NCBI GenBank assembly: GCA_036172245.1 | Contig: JAYWIR010000040.1 | Location: 1,612,001 to 1,676,000, forward strand | Reading direction: 5' to 3' | DNA from: Raillietiella orientalis | Taxonomy: Eukaryota | DNA length: 64,000 bases | Part shown: positions 1 to 12,743 of the stretch, piece by piece | Numbering within the stretch: the stretch's first letter is position 1 | How the letters are laid out: each line of letters starts with the position of its first letter | Notes under the pieces: generated by a model | What the model saw: the letters and a program-made list of their open reading frames with translations, nothing else | Databases searched by the model: none | Told to the model about the DNA's origin: nothing | Made by a program: the position numbers and the translations under genes

Positions 1-2249
1 TGCCAGCCATAGCAACGCTCGTCGCTCCCATTGTTCCCATCTCAGAGAGAAATTTGATTTCTAAAGGAGTCGCTAATTCGCTGCGTGCTCGGAGGCTGCA
101 GCTTCTTGCTTCCTTCCTTCCTTTTTGTTTTCCGGGCGAAACTTTGCTGCCACGATCGAACACATGATTAATGGTTCTACATGCACACCATGAGAGCGTG
201 CTTCCTGCTTTTCATTTCACGTGCCCCTCCTAAGTTTCCCAACTAATTTTTACCTCTCTCTAAAGAAATAGATTGATCTTCTGAGTGAGCATCTTTAATA
301 ACGAACGATGCAGTAATAACAATGGAAATAATAACAACTTACTACTGAACCGACCGAGCAGCCCCTTTTCCATCATACGACCTGCATCCAATGACGAAGC
401 CATAAGCAGGGAGGCTGTATTCGAAAATCGGAATAGGGGAGGAACAGCACCCTTCCCCTCATCCGCCGCCTCATCCATTCCGTGAAACATCCCCGCTGTT
501 ACCGCCTTCCATGTTGTTGTTGTTGTTGTTTTTTTTTGTTACTCGCTTGCGTTTTTGTTTTTCATTTTTTTTTCCCCAAATGGGCAAGCAGTCAGGAGAT
601 GTGTTGAAGAGTTTGGTTCGAATCCGTGACGTGTACGTGGCGTCAGTGAGGGGTCCATTGTTGCCCTCGTCCGCGCAACCTGCGAGAGAATCCACCATGC
701 GGCAGCGATCGTCACGGGAGACGACTGGAGGGGGGGGGGAGAGAGAGAGAGGGAGAGAGAACTGCAGGTATTTTGCAGGCAAAGAGGAGGGGAAAAAAAA
801 AAAAAAAAATGTCCACCATGATGCGGAGGACGACACGGAGTCGTATCTTGCCGCGCGATCACGCGAGGCTTCCCGACAGAAATCTTTTGGGAACTTCGGA
901 AAACCAGAAAGCATGCTGCCTTTTTTTCCTTTTTTTTTTTTTTCTACCTGCTCGCCAGCAGCTCGTTATTCGCATCGCGTAATCGCGTTGCGTAACAATG
1001 CCGGTCTGTGACGAAAAATTTTGCGAAAAAAGGGAAGCAGCAGCACTGCTGGCTGCGTTACACACACACACAGAACTCGTGTTTACGATCTCCCGAGTTT
1101 TGGAAAGAAGAAATGAGTGTTTCCGCCTGGAGTGTTACAAAACAACTTGAAAAATAGCGCGTAATCGTCCTTGACTCGTGTGCTGTGGAATCGGTAACGG
1201 AAGCACTTTGCACGTTTGCCACAAAATCTTCCACCGCTGCACAACGCGAGCTCGAAATGCAGGGCGTTGTTGGGATGCAAGAGTGGGGAAACAGCGTACG
1301 CAATGCTTCTGGAGGAGGAGCAGAAAAGAAACGAAGAAAAAAACATTCGCGCAATCATACGCAGTCATCGAAAGTGACTTTGAAAATTAAAACAATGTGA
1401 AGGGCAAAACCAGAAAAAAAAAATTTTTTTTTTTTCCCTTCTCCCTCCCCGACTAAATAATGGCCTTCGTCGGATCCTTCCACGGACGTGCCGATCGTCC
1501 TGTGTGCGACGGAACTCTCTCGAAAGATGGATCTCAGCACGATCTATAAGAAACCATGGCATGAAGCGAAGAGTATCTCAAAATTCATGAAAATTAGTCC
1601 ACTTTGAAGTTCTTGTGCAAGACGCGGTGATAAATCAACGTCAAAGACCAAATTAACAAGCAGTGCGTAGAAAACTTTGAATACATGGCGTGTTTGATAA
1701 TACGTGACACTCGCTTGGAGCTCTCCACGCAAAACGCAGACACACACACAAATACACGAGAGCGCACGCACACGCGCAACAAGCCATGCATTACAAGAAA
1801 AGTGAGGCTGATTGTCACTCTGCCACGCCGAATGGTAACTTGAAACGAACAACAAGGAGACTCCAGCCTGTTGCCTGCACACCAATAGGTGGCTGTTGCT
1901 GCTGCTCCCGGTTTTCCGCCAAACGAAGAGCGCTTTGTGGTCCTAATGGAAGAAATGCAAACTCTCCTCTCCTTCGGAAGAGAAGGAAAAGAGGAAAAAG
2001 GACCTCGGAGAAAGGCGAAGGATCCGAAAGCGTCCCTGTTCCTGGAGACCTGATTTCCTTCCGAACCGCAACTACAGAGGAGATGGTCATAGTTCCCGCA
2101 GAAGCAGCCACACAACGGAGTCCGGAATGCGCCATGCAAAAAGTTGGTTCATACTTGCAGAAAGGCGATATGATACTGGAAACTCAGGTCCATCCTGAAG
2201 GGCAGGGACAAAGAATTAGGGCCAAGAAAAAATAAAATAAAATAAAAGC

Positions 2250-5200
2250 TGGAGGAAATTACCTCTTTCCAGTTGGTCTGCAGAAACGTTTCAGTGATTG
2301 AGTGAGAGATTCCTGTGCTTGCAAAGATCTGGTAACCTTCCACTGCTTTGGTGACGCCCAACCCCATCCGCACATCGGTCGTGTGTGTCTACGGTAACCG
2401 CGGCGAAAAACTGCAGAGAGATCAGAGGGAATGATCCTCCAGTGAAACGAACAGCAGCGAAAACGCGTGCAAGAATCGAGTTTTTGTTGCTGCAAGAAGG
2501 ATTCAGCACAAAGCAGCCGCCGCAAGAATGCGTTTCCTGCAAACCGTTCCGCCTCTTCAAGACGCTCGAAACTCGTTCGAATTTGCGGCCTTGCTCCCCC
2601 TCCTTGGGCGTCTTTGTGCATCTTACGTGTGTTGACGCTCAGTATTGGTGGCAATTCTCTCATCTCGCGGATCCGTCCTTCTTTGCTCAGACTGGGTATC
2701 TTCACTTGGGAAATCCAAGCAGATTAAAGGGTATTTTTGATCCTATCCCTTTTGTCAACTTTAAAAAAAAAAGGAAAATAAAAATTTTTAATCCATGATG
2801 CTTCGTATGCATGAGGTTAGTTATCACCTTTTTTTTTTCAATTTTATTTCGCCAGTATTAATCAGAACAGATTCCTTTCTCAGGAGCGTTTAATTGGGAG
2901 ATTAAAGTTAACCCTCACCCGGAATAGAGATGAATCGAAGATTAGCGGTTTGCTCCTGAGGAAGGTTGATGATCGTGGGCACTTGTCACAATCGGACATC
3001 TCTTGCCATTGCCAAGCAATTAATTGAGATCTGTTTTGTTTGCTTCCGGGATGGTCCTTTTGCGAATTTTCCCATAAGACAAGAGCAGCTGATGCCTTTT
3101 GTAGTGCTTCGTTAGCGCCCGATCTTCCAGGCATCCTTCCGATGATTGTAAAGGAAGGAGCAGTTGTCGACGCTAGTGTAATGCGTCACAGAAAATCCTG
3201 TCTCGATTTTTCCCAGCTCTCGTCGCGCGCCGGCAGAAGAACCGAGGCTTCTTCGGTCATACCTTGAGCTGTTGTCCGGAGAGCCTTCGATCTTCGCTGC
3301 CGCTCATGGCATCAAGAAGGTCAACGGCAATCTGTTTCTGGAGGTGGCAACCACCCGTCCCTCTCTTCGAGCTTGAGAGAAGAGGACTGGTGAAAGCGAC
3401 GACGCTACACCACCGGCGGGAGAAGAAGGAAGCTGTGGACGGTTCTCCCTCCGCATCCAGGGTACATTCGTTCGTCAGTGACGGCGGGATCGTTCCTTAA
3501 GGGTCGAATGCCTGCGTTCTCACGTCTCCGGGTGTCTTGCGCTGCCCATCAGCCCCCTCCTGCAAGAAAGGATGCCTTTCTCTTCCCCTTCGACCAAACG
3601 ACTCACTCTTCCCCATCCTACTTTGCTCGGAAAGGATTCGGTCTTTCCCCATGATGCGCTCCTCGACTTGTTTTTCTCACATGCGCTCTCCCATACAGCT
3701 TGAGGCCACCCCTTGTCGAGACCTCGAGGGTCCTCTCGCATCCAGAGAGCCGAAACAAACTCCTTGCAGCAAATCTCTCTAGAAACGCAGAGGAAGAAGG
3801 GATTTAAGAAATTCCGGCTCCCCCTTCCTGAATGACGAACAGAAGGTGGCACAAGTCTCCTGCGTCACCTCCTGTCCGTTATTCAAGGAGCCCCATCCGA
3901 GCGCGGAAAGAGGCACGCTCGGGCATCCAGTCCGGAACGAGGAGCTACTGGGCGGGAACACCCTGTGTGGCCCGCGACGTTCGTCCGGCGGTCAGGCCGG
4001 CTGACTCCGCAGAGGCTCGTGGGGCTACTTTCGGACAGCAGCTCCTCTTGCATCGATCGATGCGATCCGCTGCTGCTGCTGCTTCGATGGCATCCACCTC
4101 CGCCCCCACCAGCAGCCCGAGCTCTGCGGGGAGGCACGCTCTTGGAAGGGGAGGCGCAGCACTCTTGAGAGCGTCGGGACAGGACTGTTCTCCGTAATCC
4201 ACAAGGGGTGTTTCCGGCTCTCGTGGGGATTCTCTTCGGTCTATCGATTTTTGCGTGGTCGGACGCCTCCGCGGGCGCCGGGGGGTTGCGCGCTGCTGCG
4301 TTCTCGGGAGACAGGGACGTTCCGACAAGCAGCCGCCGCCGTCTGGAGGTCGGAGGTTGCGCGTGCTTGTGCAGTAACGGGTCGGACTCTTTGGAGTGGC
4401 CGAAAGCGCCTGGATGCCCCCCCCCCCCCTCCTTCTGTAGGCTAGAAGGCGGCATCCGATCAGTAGCAGCGATGCCCTCAGGGAAAGTCTGAAGCAACGG
4501 CGTCGCCTCAACCAGGCTTCCATGACGTCGAAAAGGGAAAGGAGGGAGAGAGAGGGAGGGGAGAGTTGGCGCTTCAGCCTTCTTTTCGCTCACTTCTCCG
4601 GAGAATCGGCCAGGGTGGATGGTTTGCACACATCCACCCCTCTCCCTCCTTTCCATTCCTTTTCCTCTTCTTACATTCTTCTCCTCCGAGGGCATGCAGT
4701 GATGGAGGATCAGATCGCTCCGCCATGTGGAGGACGTCCTTTCTGCCGGAAGTGCACGCTGCTCACGGAGAGGTTTCTAGGAAAGTCACCAGGGAGCTTC
4801 CGCCCGCGTTCAGGGCGCAGGGCGTTGCCGTCTGCACCCGCAGCGGCGATGTCAGCACTTGACCCTTTTCCCCGAAACTGCTCGAGGAACGAGATCTCCA
4901 GATTGTTGGTTCCGGGAAGCACACGGAAGGTGGGTGAGGAGGGATGAGAGGAACTCTTGTCCGGAAGCAGCAACTCCACTGACCGCAGGAATGGAGGCCT
5001 TCTAACATAGTCCTTACCGTTCTCTGCCTCCTCTTCCCGCTTTCCCTTTCGCAGGAGGGTCGGGAGCGAGGAGGAGAAAGATCCCCTCTTCCCTTTTCTT
5101 TCTCCGGCACAGAGGCGATCCTCTCTCCTTCCCTTGCTCCCCAGCGGGCTTCTGATCGGCCTTGACCCAAGAACCAAAAGGAGAAGCTCCGCCCCCTTTT

Positions 5201-8200
5201 CCTTCCACTCGCCTGACCGTGCAGAGGGAGTGCCGGCTCGCCCTTCTCTGACACTTCTAACGCATTTCTGAGTCGCCCTCGTCCTTTTCCGCGTGCATTC
5301 CCGCCCCACTGACCCTTGAAGCAACCTTCCTCGTGTCTCGTTGCCATGCTGCCAGAGATCCAACCTCTCATCTTTCCTCCCATCCTTTCTCGTCTTTCAT
5401 CTCCGAGACCGGTGAGGGCGTTCTCCTGAACAGCCAGCATGAGAGTCTACATGAATCTAAGCAAGACGACAGTGGCAAAACGACCAAAAAAAAAAAAATG
5501 GCGAACGAGCGCGGACGCTTGGAGACTCTTGGCAACCCTGCTGACACGGGTTGAGTTACAAGGCCCATTGAGAGGTGGGTCTGCGAATTCTCCACTTCCC
5601 CACCTATTCTGCTCCGGCATACTGTGGCCCTCCTCTCTTTCTCCGATCTCCCTTTGGAGCTGACTTTTACTCCCCATCCCTTGCCCCTTCCTCTGCTGAG
5701 ATTCAATGTTCTCCTCCGTTCCTCATCGATCCAGCAGGCCGCATCCCTCCCGGTGACGAACAAAGCGCCTTTGCCAGGACGCCTCCCGCACTGTTTCCAA
5801 TTTCTACTTCTCCCCAGTAGCTCTCCCCTTCCTCTCGCGCCCACCCACGCTCCGAAAGTGAACTCTGACCTGGGGATCTTCATGCCACCATGCCTTGTGG
5901 AAGGATCGTCAGCGGCAGCAGCATCACCGCTGTCTCCATCTTGCCGTATTGCAACAGCTACCACATCACACTCTCTACTGACTCCCCTGCACTCAGGAAG
6001 ACTTATTTCAAGTCGCAAACTTCCCTGTTCCTGGGGATCGCGGATTCTGTGGCCTTTGGAGTTTTGATCTTTTCCGGTCGGGAGTTTCTTTCTCTAGTTT
6101 GCTTCCGAATGCCTCATGTATCAGGTAGAGCCCACCACTTGGCAGTCCCCCATCCCCCCCATCCATTCCCCTTCAATGATTGTTCCCGACCGAGTCATTT
6201 GGCAGGGTGAAGACGTGGTACCATCACTAGAAGACCTTTTTAACTTCCAGGAAGAGCTGCTGATGCTTCTCTCTTTCGCTTCTGAAATGTCTTTTGGGTG
6301 AGGCCGTACCTCGCAGTCCTTCCCTCACCCGCCCTCCAGCTGTTACCCTTCTCCCTCTTTCTTCCACTGCCATCTCCCTTGTCTTTACGAAGCACTGCTA
6401 GGGCGGCTGCAGTGGCTCGGTCAAACCCAAGAGCGGCGGATGGTGGAAGGTGCTGGGGAAAGGGGAGCGAGCGAGCGGATTCTGCTGGAGAAAGACGGTG
6501 GAGGCAAGGAGGGAGATGCGGGTAGTGGGCGGGACCAAGCAGCTGGTCATGATAAGCGATTCGTGCAGCCTTCGTGGGTCGTCGCAACTGCGGCGCTCGC
6601 CGGTCTCTTTCCGTTGGGAACGCGCGCGCCACGAGCGCAGGAAGCTGAGGAATTCGCAGAGGTGAGGCTAAGTGATCCACGGGAGGAGAAAGTGGGACCA
6701 CCGGGCACGAGTTATGCTCTCCGCGCGTCTTCCTGCGGAGTCACCTGCACAGCGTCCTCGGAAAGCATCACCAGCCGTTCCGTTTCAGGAGACCGCCACC
6801 GCAAGGAGGGTGGGCGTGGTGGCGATTCATTTCGCTTTCTCACCACGATAGTGCCGGGTGCAAAGGTGGACATGGCGAGCAGCGCCACCTGGCAAGGGCG
6901 GTTTCGAAAGAAACAAGGAAGGAGGAGGAGAGCACACACATCCCCAGGGTCATCGGGAATGGAACTGCAGATGCCCCGCGGCTCAGTCGACCGGTAGATG
7001 ATGACGACAAGAGCGTGTGCGACAATCAGGGCTCAGCTTGATCCGGGCGGGCGAGTAGAGTGGGGAGAGCAAAAGCCCAGAGCCTTCTGGACTGCGGTGA
7101 CCCGGAAAGCCGTGAGGAACCTCACGTCAGTGCCTCTTGGACGTCTTGAGCCGGCGCCAGTTAGCGGACACCTCAACCGGGAGTCAGCAGCGGAGCGAGT
7201 CCGACAAAAGATCGGAGTGGATGCCATCCCTCCCTTCCCCTACGATTCTCTCCTCCTGGAGATGCCGGCTCCTCGGAGCGAGCGTTGGTCCCAGGGGTTC
7301 CAGTGACCTCGGTTCCCCTTTCATCACACCAGAAAAGAGCGCCTGGGATGTCCTCCCAACCAGCTCCTGCTCTACGCCGAGGGTGGTGTTTCCGCGTACC
7401 TTCGAGAGCAGGCGCTACATCAGGCGAAAGAAGCAGCAGCCGCTCCAGGATGCACATGCTGTCTCCGGGCACACCCGGCAGCTGCCTCCGACGTGGAAGC
7501 TGTCTTCCTGGCTTTCAAGCTGCGGACTCTCGCCGGGACACACTTCCTTCTGCCATGTTTCTGACTGGGGTCCCGCCACCTCAGTGCACCCAAGAGGGAT
7601 GATGGAACCGGGGCTCACGGGAAGTTCGCTGGCAATGACTCTGCCCGGGTTCCGCAACACCGTCACATTCATCGCCTTCCTATTCCTCAGGGAGTGCATC
7701 CCTCTCAAAGGGCAACAAGTACGGGGCCTCCAGAGAAGCAAGCGGGACGCTCCAACGGGGAGAGAGGAAGGAAGGCAGAAACGTGGACCACAGAGTCCTG
7801 GGAAAGGACAAGGGCATCCGTCTTCGCGAAAGAAGGGAACTGAGACGCGCCCGAGGAGCAGGCGTTCCCGGTTTTCCCATCCTCTCCCCCTTCTCCCCTC
7901 TTCCCTTTCCTGCCTCGACTGGAGTGACCGGAGGCTGCACGGGACGGAGCCAGCGCGCGCGCGCACCCTGACCGCGAATTCGACGCAGGCGCGAGACGCG
8001 CCGCCTCCCCAGACTCCAGTCGAGAAGTCGAGACCACAGAAGTACGCGCGGTTCCTGCGCGTTGCCTCCCTACCTGCTCTATGGTTCCCGATGGACACCC
8101 CTCTTTCTCTGCGCTCACTGTTCACCTCTTTCCTGGAAGTCCTCCGCCTCCGTCTTGAGGATTTGTTCTTGCGGCCGCCACCGCCTTGCCCTTGACTTGC

Positions 8201-10200
8201 TGCTGCCGCCGCCACCTCGCCTCTCCCTTCTCCTCCCTGCCACGGACTGGTGGTGACCCCCCCCCTCCCCCCGACGCTAAAGCGGGGGAGAGGGACACGG
8301 GCGCAACAAGTTCCGCACCAACGCCCCGACGCCAGAATTGGAGGAGGACTCACCGCGCGATCCTTCCTGGAGGTCCCCGGACCTGGGCGGTCCGGTGGGT
8401 CTGTTGGGGGTGAAAAGCTCGTGAGGAGCGGCTCGCGCCTGGAGTGCTACCGCCTGCCTGCAGAAGGCGAACTTCACAGGGAGGAGTCCTCAACCGACGA
8501 AGAGCACGTCGTCACCCTCACCTCCTGCCTACCGGCCGGCTAACCCCGAGGTGCTGTTGCCCCAGGTCCCTCGCGACCAGGGTCGGATCTCGCTGCGGAG
8601 AGCTTTCCTTCCTACTCATGATGGACGGAAAGCGGCGGCGACCATGCGAGGAAGGGGGGAAGGGGTGAAGGAAGGAGCACCAACGGCGTCTCTTGCCTGC
8701 AACTTCGAGGTCCAGGGGTGTCCCTCCAGCTCTCGGGCGCGGATCTGCACTTCGTCCGCAAATCCCCCGGGACTCGGTTTTCAAGGGACTCTTCCTCGCC
8801 TCCGGACTCTTCCTCTGACCCGCGACAGCGCGTTCCCGGCTCCGCAGCTCTCCCCGCGCGAGCGGCTCGGGCAAGCGGGGGAGCGGGCAGCCGGCGCTGC
8901 GTCGGGCCCTCCCACCCCTTCCCTCGCTTCCCCAGGGAGTGTGGCATCGCTACGGCCAGCGCCCGCTCTCTCACCGGCTCCACTCCCTCTGCCCACCTCG
9001 CATGAGACCGCGGCGCCTTCCCCGCTGCCCCGGAGCGTCCCGCGCGCTCGAGGCCGTGGGCTGGGCGAGCGGTGGCGGCGGGAGTGCGCAGGTGCCCCCC
9101 TCTCCGTATCGGAGAGGCGTCCAGGTGAGGACAGAAGGGCCAGGGAGCAGAAGACTTTCCATGACGCTTGGTGCTTGCACGGCCTGCTGGGAAAAAGCCC
9201 TGGCTGGAAGACGGCCATTGGTTCCCCCTCCCCCGCTCCGCTTCACGGTCCGCGTCCGCCACGCCCTTCGTGACGTTGGCTCGCTCGCACGTGCGCTGAC
9301 GCCGACGATGCGCTTCCAAGGAACCGCGTGCCACCCGCTCCCGGTCCGCGATCTTCCGCCGCTCCGGCTGGAATGCCTTTTTCACCCCTTTCCAGCCTCC
9401 TCGAGAGATGAGGAGGGGATCCGATCCCCCGCCAAGAGCTGGTCCCTCCTCTTCCTGGATGCAGCCTGAGGGGAGAAAGTGGGAGAAGGAACCCCTTCTG
9501 AGGGAGGAGGAGTTTCTCGGGCGGGCTTCTCGATACCCCCTCCCCTCTTTCCGACCCCTGGCAGCACTCCAGGAAGAGACCGATACGGACGCGGCTCCTC
9601 GAGGACTCCGCGCCACCGTCCGGCGGGCGAGGCCGCCGCCAGCTCGAACAATGTCGCGCCGTCGCTGCGCGACAGTGGTGCAAACCATCGAGGTGGTTGG
9701 CGGGCGGGATGGCTTAACTGGGAATGTGAGGTGGTGGCGTGGTGCGTCACGCGCGGTCCAGGCAGCGGCCCTCCCTGCGTGCAGATGGACGCGGTTCCCC
9801 CGATGATGCAGCACCGCTTCCCAGATGCTCGTTGCGAGGGGGTGCTGCTGTTGCTGCTACCGACGCGCTTCAGACGGAGGGGAGGAGAGTCTCCATGCCC
9901 ACGGGGAGACGGCGAAAGACATCCCTGGGATCTGCTCCATCTTCTTTCCAGGAGAAGGCGAAAGAAAGTCGCTCGCCTTCCAAATCCTTCAGCTGTCGCT
10001 GTCGCAGCGAGTCTCTCGAGTCGTCGTCGCGCGCGGGAGCGGGTCGATCGGACAGCGCCCCCCCCCCCAACCCCCCTCCATCCTCCCCGTCCTCCGTGCA
10101 CCCACCTTCTGCTCCTACCAGCGTGGCCTGGAGCAGCAGCGTGCTGCTGGTTCAAGTGCAAGGGTGGCACCACGGTCTGAAAAAAACACACGGACGAGCA
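2250..10200 (-). mobile_element. Heavily decayed L1/Tx1-like non-LTR retrotransposon relic(s); boundaries approximate
   Basis: Minus-strand peptide fragments occur in the expected order: APE-like 'NPGRVIASEL...FHVGGS' (~7450-7700), RT-like 'PETPLVDYGEQ...LP...LGLLVG' (~4100-4230, cf. RPISLLNxDYK), 'FRTGCPSVPLSAL' (~3900-3940, cf. RQGCPLSPLLF) and 'VWESACEKNKSRSASWGK' (~3640-3700, cf. W...EKI..RL..W). Many frameshifts. Confidence 0.45.
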
Positions 10201-12655
10201 CACACACTCATCCGTAAACTCGCAGGTCGTTCACGGCTCCCGAGGTCACGCCTCCGCAAGTTCTGCTCGCTTCAGTACTTGCGCGTGTGCATGGGGTAAC
10301 CTGATGCACCATCACCGTTGCATCCGCATGCGCGCCTTATGCGCCAGTACTCCGTGGCTCGGCGAGCAGTGGTGGTGGCTCTTCAAAGCAGTGTTCAGCC
10401 AGCTTCCCATCCATCTTCCTTCCTCAAGTGCACAGTTACCAATTGAGCATTGCCGAGCGCGAAATCTCACCCACCTTTCGGAAAGAAAGAAAGAAAAAAG
10501 ACGAGAGGATGACGATGCCGAGAAATTGTGCATGCGTGCATAAAGCATGCGTACACATAAACATCCCTGTGTACACATGTATGTTTTTTTCGAGGTGTCG
10601 AGCGGGGATGAGAGAGGAGGAGAGGACGCTTTTTTTCCAGTTGCTGCACCGGGGTTCCCACCGCTGCTTTTTGCCCGCGTTTCCTGTGCGCTCGGCAAAT
10701 GAACTTGCAGCACGCCCGTTTTCAAAACGAAAGCTTCCCGCATTTGAATTTTACAAGACTGACGCTGTACGGAGAGCCTCCGGCAAAGCCGCGATACTCT
10801 CGCTGCTGCCATATTTATTCTCGAATTGCACTTCTGCTTTCTGCTTGGAGACGGGGGAAATTGCATTTTGCATTCGTGGCCATCTACACCAATACACGAA
10901 ATTAACAGTCTGCACGCAAATTTATGCCTTTAATCCGTCTCTCTCCAAATTCTTTAAACAGCTACGAGAGGCTGCGAAATTCTTACACAAGTCCTTCCCG
11001 CGATCGCCTGGTTAACGTTACAGGCAAGGTAGGTAGGTAGGTAGGTAGTGGGGAAGGCATTGTCCTACGCCTCTTTTCTTTTCTTTTTTTTTTTTCTCCG
11101 TTTCCCGTGGCAACGACACCCCCCTCCCCACCTCGCAAAAAATAAAATAAAATAAAATAAAATAAAAAATAAAAAAAAAATGCAGAAACGAGGAAAACTT
11201 TCCCCAAAGTCTCCTTATTTTCCAATAAGCACTGCTTTGCCACTTATTTACATTCTTTCTACTGCCAGTTGCTCTCCTTCTCCCGCCGTCATTTTTTTGA
11301 GGTGCTCTGCTCCATAACGACGCGGCCGGTGACGAAACCGTTGATACCTCGCAGGAGCGTCAGCGTTTTCAACGAAAAATTTTTTCGATAATTCGAATGA
11401 CGTCACAGCCATTCATTAAACATCTTTTAAAGCACTGCGATCATCATCATCGTCATCGGCGGCGGACCGCCTCGCAATCAGCAACCTCCGCCCGCCCATC
11501 CCGCGTGGGGGGGGACACCCGAAAACACCACATGATCACCCGCGAATTTATTATAAGTTGTTCGGAAATTTATAAAAACACCGGACTCCGAGAGGAACTC
11601 CACGCTGCGCAGTACGTTGCGCACTCGTTCTACGCGTTGTCAAGATTCTTTATGCCATTCCTGGGATTCCTGATCTAGCGTGCGTGAAGCGCATATGAGC
11701 AGCATAGGTATTTTGGTTTTTACGGTGAATTCTAATTCGAGCGGAGGAAATTTTTTTTGTGAGTATATATATTTTTATTATACCACTGTGATCCTCTTTT
11801 TTTTTTTTTTCTTCCTCTTCTTTCTCTCTCTCCCTCCCTCTCTCTCTCTCTCTCTCGTTCTCTCTCTATCGCCCTCTCTCTCTGTCGTCCCCCCCTCCCC
11901 CCGAACTCCACTCGGTTGTACGGGGTGTACCTTCCCTGTTTCGGTACAGATGGTTTCGTAAAAGCAATCGGTTTTTTTTTTTTTTCTTTCTTTTTTGCTT
12001 TTTTTTGTGTGTGTGTGTGTTTGTGATACGGCGCGATTTTTTTAATTGGGAAAGTGGGTTCCCTTCCTGCTGTTTTTTCCGACTTGGAATGGCGGCGGCG
12101 GTGGTGGTGGTGGTGGTCGATGGCGCCGAGTGGGAGGGGGGGGGGGGAGGCGGAAGGGCGGCCACGTATTGTGATTTTGGGGGATGCGCGCGCGGTCGGA
12201 GTGAGGCAATGGGGGGAGGGGAGGTCCGGCAGGAACACGCGCCTGTGACCGTGAAAAAAAAAAAAACCTGTTGCAAATCGGCGCGGCCCACGGAGGCCCC
12301 TGGGTGCCATTTTTTCGAATTTTTGCGAAATGGTGGTGGTGCGATGGGCCCGGCAGTCGTTCCATCCGTGCCTGCTCGCCCCGTGCGGGGAAGGCAGAGA
12401 GATGCAGAGATGTGGTGGCCAAGGGGATGATCGCACCGGAGCGTCGCCGTGCACTTCCCCGTGTTGTGATCCGCTCGCCGGAACACGCTCGCGCGTGTCG
12501 TAGTCGGGTGTTCTTCCCTATCAAAGATGATTAAGGAGTTGCTGCTACAGACGCCTGTGTGTTTCTCTCAAGGTTGCGCCTTCATTAAAGGTAAATCGCA
12601 TCGAATCCTGAAGTAATTTTTTCTCTTTAGTAAATCGGCTCCGGGTTGCCAGTGC

Positions 12656-12659
<4 letters not shown>

Positions 12660-12740
<81 letters not shown>
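12660..12740. repeat. (TA)n microsatellite, about 40 units, followed by short (TG)n and (TC)n tracts
   Basis: Directly visible perfect dinucleotide run. Confidence 0.97.

Positions 12741-12743
<3 letters not shown>

Noticed and set aside
7137..9814. Long GC-rich ORFs (352 aa, 312 aa, 400 aa etc.)
   Set aside because: Overlapping ORFs on both strands with R/P/G/S-rich low-complexity translations, as expected from stop-codon scarcity in GC-rich decayed TE sequence; no coherent domain.
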